NCBI GenBank assembly: GCA_049968755.1
Contig: JBMFQE010000005.1
Coordinates: forward strand, 18,188 to 82,187
DNA: 64,000 nucleotides
Source: Bacteroidales bacterium
GTDB taxonomy: Bacteria; Bacteroidota; Bacteroidia; Bacteroidales; DTGW01
Reading direction: 5' to 3'
Below the pieces are notes generated by a model. It was not told the origin of the DNA, ran no database searches, and saw only the letters and a list, made by a program, of their open reading frames with translations. Position 1 is the first letter of the stretch. The number at the start of each line of letters is the position of its first letter. Shown piece after piece: positions 10,510 through 18,329 of the stretch. The position numbers and the translations under genes are program-made.

Positions 10510-11812
10510 CTATTTCTGCCCTTATGCCCTGCCAGTTGGGTTTTTTAAAGATAATTTCGGTGGCCGATTTTTTGCGTGGAATAAAGCTGCCTGTTCGGAT
10601 AAAATGTATGGCCTGCCGCAAGCATAATTCCGATGTGTCGCCAAATGTGTGTGTAAGATCATCAAATTCGGCATAGTTGACCCCAATGCCTGCATATCCC
10701 GATGATTCCCCAAGGGCATTTTTCCATTCAAACATTACTGGTACGATGATGTAGTCTGAGTTTTTGATTTCAAGGGGAATCATGCCTACAGGTTTACCAT
10801 AGGTACGGGTACCGATAAGGTATGTTACAAGGTAGGGCTGGATCCCTTTTATCAGCGCTTCACTAGCCGAAGCCGTTTGTCCGGTGGTAATAAAGAACAC
10901 ACGCGTTAGCTGCTTGATGAGGCTGTTAGGTTTTTTGGCAAGGTAAGTAGTTTTCAGCGAGTCTTCAATGTATGGGTCGAGATCTGGATTGAAGGTTTCG
11001 CGGATAAACAGTTGCTGGTTGGCCTGTCGACCAATGATAAGATTGGCCAGATGATTGGCTGTGCTCAAACTACCCCCTGTATTGTATCGCAGATCCACCA
11101 CCAGTTCGTCGATGGAATAGTAATTAAAACTGCTAAAAACATCGTCGAGCTTGCCTTCGATATCGCTGCCCAGAAAGCTTTCCAGAGCCAGATAGCCTAT
11201 TTTTTTCCCTTCAATATCGATGACTGAGCTTGCCAGAATAGGGTTGATCGTAATACGCTCTTTTTGAAGGGAAATATTTTGTACCCGTCCCTGGTTGTCG
11301 ATAAATTCAAATTGATTGGTGACTATTGCAGTGCCATCGCCCACCAGTTCATTAAGCTGATCATAGCTGTAAACGTCGTTACCATTGACTTTCTTTAGTA
11401 TCCATCCACGCTGAATCCCTGCAGCAGAGGCCCAGGTGTTTTTAAACACATATCCTACCCGAATGTTGGCATATTCATCATAGGTAAACATAATGCCATG
11501 TCCGTAGAAGATGCCATTATTGAGGTTGTTAAATTCCTGTAATGTAACAATAAAACTCCAGCGATCGAGGGCAGTATATAGCAGATTGTAGAAGAATTGT
11601 TCAGGATTTACATCGGCTGTAGTGTCGACGCTTGAGGGTATTTTGTCATTCCACAGATATGCAGCTTGCATGTCGGCATATATTTCGCCTCGGATGCGGC
11701 TGGCGGTTATCTCTGTTGAGGTTTTGCCAGGATTTGTGTTATTGTTATCAGGCTCACAGGCTGAAATTAAAAGTAGTATACCCAGAAAGTATGGCCCATG
11801 TTTCAATTGCAT
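10499..11812 (-). CDS. S41 family (C-terminal processing type) serine peptidase, lipoprotein
   Basis: S41 core with TGQTASASEALIKG (nucleophile Ser region) and a PDZ-like middle part. The start was placed at MQLKHGPYFLGILLLISAC (lipoprotein signal). The ORF track extends to 11878. Confidence 0.8.
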   Translation of the reverse strand: MQLKHGPYFLGILLLISACEPDNNNTNPGKTSTEITASRIRGEIYADMQAAYLWNDKIPSSVDTTADVNPEQFFYNLLYTALDRWSFIVTLQEFNNLNNGIFYGHGIMFTYDEYANIRVGYVFKNTWASAAGIQRGWILKKVNGNDVYSYDQLNELVGDGTAIVTNQFEFIDNQGRVQNISLQKERITINPILASSVIDIEGKKIGYLALESFLGSDIEGKLDDVFSSFNYYSIDELVVDLRYNTGGSLSTANHLANLIIGRQANQQLFIRETFNPDLDPYIEDSLKTTYLAKKPNSLIKQLTRVFFITTGQTASASEALIKGIQPYLVTYLIGTRTYGKPVGMIPLEIKNSDYIIVPVMFEWKNALGESSGYAGIGVNYAEFDDLTHTFGDTSELCLRQAIHFIRTGSFIPRKKSATEIIFKKPNWQGIRAEIGAY

Positions 11813-11997
11813 AAGGTCCGTCTTTAAATTATTAATCAAAGAATTATAGCAGAGACACTTCACTGCAGGCTGATTCAAAGATAAAGTTTTTTTGAGTTTG
11901 CGTCAAATGCAAATCAAAATAATGTCCCCCCCCTATCGAGAAAATTTGGTGCTGTAAAAATTTGAAATTGAGTCCGCATTCGATTTTCCTTTCGAAC

Positions 11998-13332
11998 TTA
12001 TTCTTCCCAGCGTATTTCGAGGATGTGCTTTGTGTTGGACGAAATTTTATAACGTTCGTCAATTCGAAGTCCAATTACCCATACAATTTCCTCGCCGTTG
12101 GCCAGAATCCATATCCTTTCCTTCTGAATTCGCGATAGCTTAAGGTCGATGAAAAAGTCGCTGATTTTTTTGAAATGTTTCATGCCCAGAGGAATAAAAT
12201 AATCGCCTTTATTCCAGCGACGTAGAAGCAGGGGAAATACTAATTTATCGGCATCGAGGGCTGCAATGTGTTTTTCGGATTTAATCCTGTATGTCGAGCT
12301 TTCAAACATCTGGAAGGATAACCGAATGGGGGAGGTTAACTGTTGGGTATAGGATTCGATGTAATATAGCTGAGGTATATCTTTGTTTTCAAGGGTTTCG
12401 ATCAATAAAAATTCTCTATCCTTTATCAAGCGATGGGTAGGGGAGAAAAACTCTTTTCCGGGTTCAGCCTCCAATACCCGGAAGATATCTGCACACGTAT
12501 CGGGTGTAAATCTAAGAGGCAGCAGCAACTCAAGCAAAGCAAGGGGAGGGGAGGGCTGTTTTTTAATTTTTTCGATTGCAATAGCCATAACGCCATCGGG
12601 TAAGTGTTGGGGCAACTTTTTTATTTCGTGGTCGATATAGTGCTGGTATATTTTAGTTGCCTGCTGAATATTGGCTATGTTCCGCAGCATGGTATTACGG
12701 AAGGCAGGATTTAAGCGCTCAAGTGCTGGTATGACGTGATGCCGAATTTGGTTACGCAGGTATTTGTCGGTAAGATTGCTTGAATCGGTTCGAAAGGGGA
12801 TATTGTTTTCGGCACAATATTGTTCTATTTCGTTACGGAAGGCAAATAGCAGAGGACGAATGATTTTTCCATGGATCGGTTTTATGCCGGTCAAGCCCTT
12901 TAAACCTGTGCCCCTAATCAGGTTAACGAAGAAAGTTTCGATGCTGTCGTCGGCTTGGTGAGCAGTTGCTATATAAATAAAGCCATGAAGTTGACGGATG
13001 TTTTCGAAATAGCTATAACGTAGTTCGCGGGCAGCTTCCTGAATGGTTAACCCATGCTTTTGGGCATAGGCGAGGGTGTCAAATTTTTTTACAAAAATGG
13101 GTATTGATTCTTGTTCAGCCAGCTGGCTCACAAATGCTTCATCTTCATCCGATTCGGACCCGCGTAGCTGAAAGTTGCAATGTACAATTGCTATAGGCTG
13201 TCTCAGGGTATGCAACAGGTGTAACAGACACATTGAATCGGGTCCACCACTTACAGCAACAAGGATGTTATCGGTGGGAGAAACATGGCATACGTTGCGT
13301 AGGTATTGCTCAAATCGCTTTATCAGGCTCAT
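11998..13332 (-). CDS. tilS: tRNA(Ile)-lysidine synthase
   Basis: PP-loop SGGPDS at residues ~28-33 and a TilS C-terminal domain. The ATG overlaps the upstream TGA (ATGA). Confidence 0.93.
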   Translation of the reverse strand: MSLIKRFEQYLRNVCHVSPTDNILVAVSGGPDSMCLLHLLHTLRQPIAIVHCNFQLRGSESDEDEAFVSQLAEQESIPIFVKKFDTLAYAQKHGLTIQEAARELRYSYFENIRQLHGFIYIATAHQADDSIETFFVNLIRGTGLKGLTGIKPIHGKIIRPLLFAFRNEIEQYCAENNIPFRTDSSNLTDKYLRNQIRHHVIPALERLNPAFRNTMLRNIANIQQATKIYQHYIDHEIKKLPQHLPDGVMAIAIEKIKKQPSPPLALLELLLPLRFTPDTCADIFRVLEAEPGKEFFSPTHRLIKDREFLLIETLENKDIPQLYYIESYTQQLTSPIRLSFQMFESSTYRIKSEKHIAALDADKLVFPLLLRRWNKGDYFIPLGMKHFKKISDFFIDLKLSRIQKERIWILANGEEIVWVIGLRIDERYKISSNTKHILEIRWEE

Positions 13333-14441
13333 GGAGCAAATTGTTTGGTCGCATAAAAGATGTTGGTTGTATTTACCGCATCGGTGTCGCTATCGACTCG
13401 CAGAATCCAGTCACCATCAGTAGGCTGGGTACTGGAACCGTCGCCATTGCTGTCGCCTTTTAGACGGTCGTCGAAAAATGAGGTAAGCTGTACACCAGGT
13501 CCATACAGGTTAAGGATTGAATTCACGCCCGATGCAAGCCATAGGGTAGCGCCTCTCATAAATTTCAACGTCACATAATTGCCCAATGTAAAATATTCAT
13601 TTTCGGGAACCTGTAAGGTTGGACTTGCTATTACCAGTGCTACCTTGCTCTCGAGCCACTGGGGAGTATGCGATACCGGCTGGGTAGCATCAATAAAAAT
13701 TGCATTGTAACGATTGCGCTGTGAGGTATCTGAGGGGTTGTAAAAACGGTTGGTATTATCGATTGAAATAGAAGTATTGATAGCAAGGGGTATCTCATTA
13801 CCATAAAAAATGGATTGACTAATACGGGTCAGATAGTTTCCCTTTCGGGCATTTAGCGCACCTGCATAGTTTTCGGGCGTGCCACCTTTATTGAATGCAA
13901 AAGTACAGTAACGAATTTCGGCACTGCTGCTATCGAGGGTGAGTACCCCATTGCCGCCGTAAAGAAATAAAGTATAACCAAAAATGCAATGTTGCTTTGC
14001 TTTGATGATAATTCCTTCCCAGTCATTCGGGCGGGGCGTTGTGGCGTTTCCATCGCCATTATTGTCGCCGCCATGAAAATCGTCGTACAGCGAGGTGAAA
14101 ACAATGGGATAATTGGTGCTACCCTGGGCAGCTATCTGTCCGCTGTCGGCAATGGTCATGCTACGCCCATTGGCAGGGTCAAACTTGATGATGGTCCCCT
14201 TTTGTATGATCAAGGTGGCATTGACCATAAAATCAGCCTTGCGGATAATGTATATGTGCGTATTGTACCAGAAGGTAGCCGAATCGATATCGGCAGTAAC
14301 TTCCTTAACCGACATTTTTTCCTCCGGTTTATCTTCCTCGCAACCCCATGATAGCATTAAAGCGACTGCAGCTATAAGATAAATACTAAATGGTGTAACA
14401 AAACAGCCCCTGACAGGGGAAAATCGATGGCATCCTTTCAT
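13329..14441 (-). CDS. hypothetical lipoprotein with two homologous beta-rich modules, each ending in an Asp/Gly-rich NGDG loop
   Basis: Lipobox LSWGC. The internal repeat is IVFTSLYDDFHGGDNNGDGNATTPRPNDWEGI versus QLTSFFDDRLKGDSNGDGSSTQPTDGDWILRV. Confidence 0.7.
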   Translation of the reverse strand: MKGCHRFSPVRGCFVTPFSIYLIAAVALMLSWGCEEDKPEEKMSVKEVTADIDSATFWYNTHIYIIRKADFMVNATLIIQKGTIIKFDPANGRSMTIADSGQIAAQGSTNYPIVFTSLYDDFHGGDNNGDGNATTPRPNDWEGIIIKAKQHCIFGYTLFLYGGNGVLTLDSSSAEIRYCTFAFNKGGTPENYAGALNARKGNYLTRISQSIFYGNEIPLAINTSISIDNTNRFYNPSDTSQRNRYNAIFIDATQPVSHTPQWLESKVALVIASPTLQVPENEYFTLGNYVTLKFMRGATLWLASGVNSILNLYGPGVQLTSFFDDRLKGDSNGDGSSTQPTDGDWILRVDSDTDAVNTTNIFYATKQFAP

Positions 14442-14444
14442 TGA

Positions 14445-14894
14445 TCAATACTTTTTCAATCGGACATCGTAAATCCCCCCGCTGATTTGCCAGCAGGTGT
14501 TCTGACATCCAATTACTTTTTTAGCTTCAAACAGCCCACCGTCGACCGCCATAATGGTATCGTTGCCATTTTTGTAATGAGCAACAACGGAATAAAATTT
14601 ATCGGTAGCCACTTTGACGGTTACTTCTCCTTCGGTAAGGGTGTCGGCAAAGACGGTATCATCGGATTGATAAGGGTTGAATTTACTGGCATACACCTGT
14701 ACGGGTACTCGTTTATTCTCGTCGTTGATGGTGAGCTTAATTTTTATGCGGTCGGAGTCGGGATGCTCGGCTATGCAATTGATACAATAAAGATATTCAT
14801 CGGTCGTATTGCTGGTACAGCGAGTTAATCCGACGCCAATCGCAAATATTGCGATCATCAGAAACGATAGGCTGTGTTTTTTTGCTACTGCCAT
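14445..14894 (-). CDS. hypothetical small lipoprotein (Cys-containing, beta-rich)
   Basis: Signal peptide plus lipobox LTRC. It has CINC and CQNTC pairs. Its start overlaps the upstream gene end by 10 nt. Confidence 0.65.
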   Translation of the reverse strand: MAVAKKHSLSFLMIAIFAIGVGLTRCTSNTTDEYLYCINCIAEHPDSDRIKIKLTINDENKRVPVQVYASKFNPYQSDDTVFADTLTEGEVTVKVATDKFYSVVAHYKNGNDTIMAVDGGLFEAKKVIGCQNTCWQISGGIYDVRLKKY

Positions 14895-16327
14895 GGTTGA
14901 TAGCGTTTGTTGTCGAAATGGATTGATTTACCCAGATAGAGATTTACCCCAAAGTTGTAATGATGTGGAGAAACACCCCTAAATCCAAAGTCAAGATATT
15001 GATATGAGAAATAAAGCTTGACATTTCGGAAAATGTAGTAGTATCCTCCGTGGATAGCCCAGGTATTCTCTGTTGATGTGGGGAAAGATGACCCCCGGTA
15101 GCTGTGGTGCGAGGATACCCAACGAGCTCCGATAAATATACCCTGCAACGTGGAATTTTGTTTGTAGCGGAGCAGAAATTTCTTGTCCAATCCGGCGTAC
15201 CATAGGTAACGGCTTTCCCAGAACTGGTAGTAGTGACCAGATTGACCGGTTGGTACCAATATGCGAGTGGGGGTTAATCGTGCGAGGAATCCCGCAGATA
15301 GCTCAACATCGTAGCGAAAGTCGCGCAGGCCAACATTGGCACCCATCATGATGTGCTGAAAATTACCCAAAAATTCAGGCCCAATGCTCATTTGTCTGAA
15401 ATCGGGCCATATGCTTTGTCGGGCGCCGTTTGAGGTCAAAATTTCGCGAAGGAAAATATCGCTGTTGAAATAATTGGCAATGGTAAGTGGGGTCTCTGTT
15501 TTTCGGATTTTTAAATTTACATCGGCGCCTTTATCAACGAGATACTGGATGAGCTTTTCATCCTGCTTTTCGAGGGCTATGGTCAGAGCCGAATGTTTTT
15601 TTCGCGAAATGTGGTTAATGTTGGCGCCGTATTCGAGCAGCAAATCCATCATCGGGTAATTAGCGTTTGCAACAGCAACCAGGAATGGTGTAACTCCATG
15701 AATATCGGGCATATCGGGCGATATTCCCCGATTAAGTATATAATGGACAAAGTAGGGTCGGTTATGCATTACAGCTACCATCAGTGGGGTAATGCCAGAA
15801 GTATCGGCCTGCGTAAGATTGGCTCCCCAGCTAAGTAGCTTTTGAAAAACTACGGTGTCGTTCTGGGCTATCGCATACATTATGGGGGTGCGTCCCTGTT
15901 CATCTCCCGCATTAACGCTGGCACCCATGTTTACAAGCATTTCGGCAAGGATTGGCCGTTGAGCTTTTATGGCTACTATCAAGGGCGTGGGGCCGAATGA
16001 GGGCCGAAAATTTACATCAGCACCCCGAGCAATTAGATAGTTACATATGTTAGGCTGTCCCCCTTGAACCGCATATATGAGTGGCGTTATACTTTCATCG
16101 ATTACTGTATTAGGATTTATCCCTTTGTCGAGCAGTTGCTGAATCATCGGTAAATCGCCTTTTAATGAGGCGATAATCAAATTGTATTCATCGTCATCGG
16201 GTTCGTATGCCAGCGTATCGCCACGTTGAAAAGCATACCCACTCCCGTAAAAAAGCGCAAGCCATACAAATAAACAAATTGATACTTTTCGGGCAAACAT
16301 TAGGGTTGTTTTGTTACAAATGTACAT
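14885..16327 (-). CDS. ankyrin-repeat protein fused to a C-terminal outer-membrane beta-barrel-like domain
   Basis: Signal peptide (probable start at 16300, MFARKVSICLFVWLALFYGSGYA). Eight ANK repeats of ~33 aa (e.g. TPLIYAVQGGQPNICNYLIARGADVN, RTPIMYAIAQNDTVVFQKLLSWGANL). The last ~170 aa show alternating aromatic/Gly-rich beta-strand patterns (YYYIFRNVKLYFSYQYLDFGF). Confidence 0.8.
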   Translation of the reverse strand: MYICNKTTLMFARKVSICLFVWLALFYGSGYAFQRGDTLAYEPDDDEYNLIIASLKGDLPMIQQLLDKGINPNTVIDESITPLIYAVQGGQPNICNYLIARGADVNFRPSFGPTPLIVAIKAQRPILAEMLVNMGASVNAGDEQGRTPIMYAIAQNDTVVFQKLLSWGANLTQADTSGITPLMVAVMHNRPYFVHYILNRGISPDMPDIHGVTPFLVAVANANYPMMDLLLEYGANINHISRKKHSALTIALEKQDEKLIQYLVDKGADVNLKIRKTETPLTIANYFNSDIFLREILTSNGARQSIWPDFRQMSIGPEFLGNFQHIMMGANVGLRDFRYDVELSAGFLARLTPTRILVPTGQSGHYYQFWESRYLWYAGLDKKFLLRYKQNSTLQGIFIGARWVSSHHSYRGSSFPTSTENTWAIHGGYYYIFRNVKLYFSYQYLDFGFRGVSPHHYNFGVNLYLGKSIHFDNKRYQPWQ

Positions 16328-16510
16328 GAAAATATTCTATTTGCAAACTGACTCAATACCGGGTAAAGACTTTTTGTAGGTAGAATAAATCAGCTATTTT
16401 TATGATTTTCAGCTACTACTGATGAAGAAAATTTTGAGAAATAAGGGATACTGCTCGAGGGTTACGTTCCAATTGTAGTTTTTTGCTGTAACTTTCCCTT
16501 CGGGATCATT

Positions 16511-16615
16511 GATTTGCTATATTCCCATGCCCGGCTGCGTGATTTCCAACCATTTATGCGTTCAACCATTACATGGCAGACTATATTCGAACCCATCGGG
16601 GTCGTATGTTAATTG
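16511..16615. repeat. single copy of a degenerate intergenic repeat family (related to 63381-63573)
   Basis: It shares the exact 16-mer CGGGGTCGTATGTTAA (16597-16612 = 63539-63554). It also shares TTTGC..ATT(C/T)CCATGCCC and a CCATTACATGG/CATGTAATGG core. Confidence 0.7.
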
Positions 16616-16697
16616 TCTTTAGGAATATTCAAAAATTCTTTTTAACGTGGTCGTTTATATTGTAAGCCTTTTTATATTTTTGCCCAAAAACAAATAT

Positions 16698-17651
16698 ATG
16701 ACAGTAGCAGAGAAATTACGTACTACGCAAAAGACCCTGTTTTCTTTTGAATTGCTTCCCCCCTTAAAGGGCAGAAGTATTGACGAAATATATCGAGCCA
16801 TTGAGCCGCTAATTGAATTTGATCCACTCAATATAAATATTACCTACCATCAACGCGAAACCGTATATTATCCTTTGCCCGATGGTACCCTTGAAAAGCG
16901 TATAGTACGTAAACGTCCGGGCAATGTTGCGCTTTCGGCAGCCATACGTTTTAGGTACAATGTTACCGTTGTACCCCACGTTATTTGCGGAGGCCACACG
17001 AAGGATGATATAGAGGATTTGCTAATAGACTTTCATTTTCTTGAAATTCATAATTTGCTGCTATTGAGGGGGGATGCTCCAAAAGGACAAAAAATATTTG
17101 TGCCCGAGAAAAATGGCCATGCTCACACGGTGGAATTGGTTCGGCAGGTAATGGACATGAATGCAGGGCGGTATCTCGATAGCAATTTAAAGGACCCTCA
17201 GCCCACCAGTTTTAGTGTTGGCGTAGCCGGATATCCCGAAAAACATGTGGAAGCTCCAAACATGGAAACCGACCTTAAGTACCTGAAAGAGAAGATAGAT
17301 GCTGGAGCTGAATACATTGTTACTCAGTTGTTTTTCGATAATCAAAAATTTTTCGATTTTGTAAAGCGATGCCGGGCCCTGGGTATACAGGTGCCTATTG
17401 TGCCGGGCATAAAACCGCTGGCTACGCTCAATGATATCAAACTCGTACCTCAGATCTTTAGCTGCGATATTCCACAAGAATTTTATAAGGAACTGGAGAA
17501 ATGTCAGACCAATCAGCAGGTAAAGGAGGTAGGCATAGAGTGGGCCATCCAGCAAGGGAAGGAACTTAAGGCATTCGGAGTTCCCGCCATTCATTTTTAC
17601 ACTTACGGCATATCCGATAATGTAAAGCGTATTGCCAAAGCCCTTTTCTGA
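16698..17651 (+). CDS. metF: 5,10-methylenetetrahydrofolate reductase
   Basis: MetF family pattern (FSFELLPP, HxxCGG, LLLRGD, ITQLFFD). The start was placed at ATG 16698. The ORF track begins at 16647. Confidence 0.9.
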   Translation: MTVAEKLRTTQKTLFSFELLPPLKGRSIDEIYRAIEPLIEFDPLNINITYHQRETVYYPLPDGTLEKRIVRKRPGNVALSAAIRFRYNVTVVPHVICGGHTKDDIEDLLIDFHFLEIHNLLLLRGDAPKGQKIFVPEKNGHAHTVELVRQVMDMNAGRYLDSNLKDPQPTSFSVGVAGYPEKHVEAPNMETDLKYLKEKIDAGAEYIVTQLFFDNQKFFDFVKRCRALGIQVPIVPGIKPLATLNDIKLVPQIFSCDIPQEFYKELEKCQTNQQVKEVGIEWAIQQGKELKAFGVPAIHFYTYGISDNVKRIAKALF

Positions 17652-17656
17652 CGATT

Positions 17657-18178
17657 CTATTTTTCTTGGTCGTACCAGCTGGCGTACATCAGATAGTTGT
17701 TGGCTATCTTGCGGATCATGTCTTCGGTGTGCGAGGCATCTACATGCTTAATAAATTTTGCGGGTACGCCTGCATAAATGCTGTTGGGCTCAACCCGACT
17801 GCCTTCGAGTACCACCGAACCAGCCGCAATGATAGAATTTTCACCAATCTCGGCAAAGTCGAGCACGATAGCCCCAATGCCTATCAGCACATGATTGTGA
17901 ATAGTGGCTCCATGAATTACAGCATTGTGCCCAATGGAAACCTCATCCCCAATGTTGATTACCGACCGCTGATAAAGGCAGTGTAGCACAGCATTGTCCT
18001 GAATATTTACCTTATTGCCAATGCGAATCGAATTGACATCGCCCCGTAATACGGTGTTAAACCATATGCTACAGTCGTCGCCAATCACTACGTCACCAAC
18101 TATTGTTGCATTATCGGCCAAATAACAATTTTTCCCAATGATGGGGGTAAATCCTCTTATACTTTTTATCAGTGCCAT
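17657..18178 (-). CDS. gamma-class carbonic anhydrase-like hexapeptide-repeat protein (YrdA/PaaY family)
   Basis: Left-handed beta-helix hexapeptide repeats and conserved His residues (LHC, GHNAVIHG). Start placed at MALIKSIRGF. Confidence 0.85.
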   Translation of the reverse strand: MALIKSIRGFTPIIGKNCYLADNATIVGDVVIGDDCSIWFNTVLRGDVNSIRIGNKVNIQDNAVLHCLYQRSVINIGDEVSIGHNAVIHGATIHNHVLIGIGAIVLDFAEIGENSIIAAGSVVLEGSRVEPNSIYAGVPAKFIKHVDASHTEDMIRKIANNYLMYASWYDQEK

Positions 18179-18293
18179 AGTTTTTATTTTTTGTTGCTGC
18201 AAAGGTAGAGTTTTATGGGTCTGTTATTTGTTTTTGGAACAGTACTATGTAAAAATTGTTTGGTTTTTTCGAAAAAAAAATCTCAATAAAATA

Positions 18294-18301
18294 TACTTTT
18301 G
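18294..18301 (+). promoter_or_regulatory. candidate -7 promoter box (TACTTTTG) for korAB
   Basis: Matches TAnnTTTG, 29 nt upstream of the ATG at 18330. Confidence 0.45.
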
Positions 18302-18329
18302 TCTTTTATTTCAGAAAAAAAAGAGGAAT

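Noticed and set aside
17651-17657. Convergent gene pairs separated by only 5-7 nt with no terminator hairpin: metF/gamma-CA at 17651/17657, mltD-like/recX at 5888/5895, HIT/SpoIIE at 21638/21645, and yqeY/small ORF at 63003/63011.
   Set aside because: This implies overlapping 3' UTRs and possible antisense read-through. It is common in compact Bacteroidota genomes, and nothing in the sequence points to a specific mechanism. It is recorded but not scored as a finding.
18138-18329. N-terminal extensions in the ORF track: dxr from 1658, ribD to 8734, metF from 16647, korA from 18138, purL from 32117, yggS from 37935, prs from 38690, cotH-like from 40939, and serA from 61575.
   Set aside because: The extensions start at TTG/GTG or distant ATG codons and add hydrophobic or low-complexity residues absent from the family N-termini. 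They often overlap the TAnnTTTG box or the neighbouring gene. An internal ATG that matches the conserved N-terminus was preferred.
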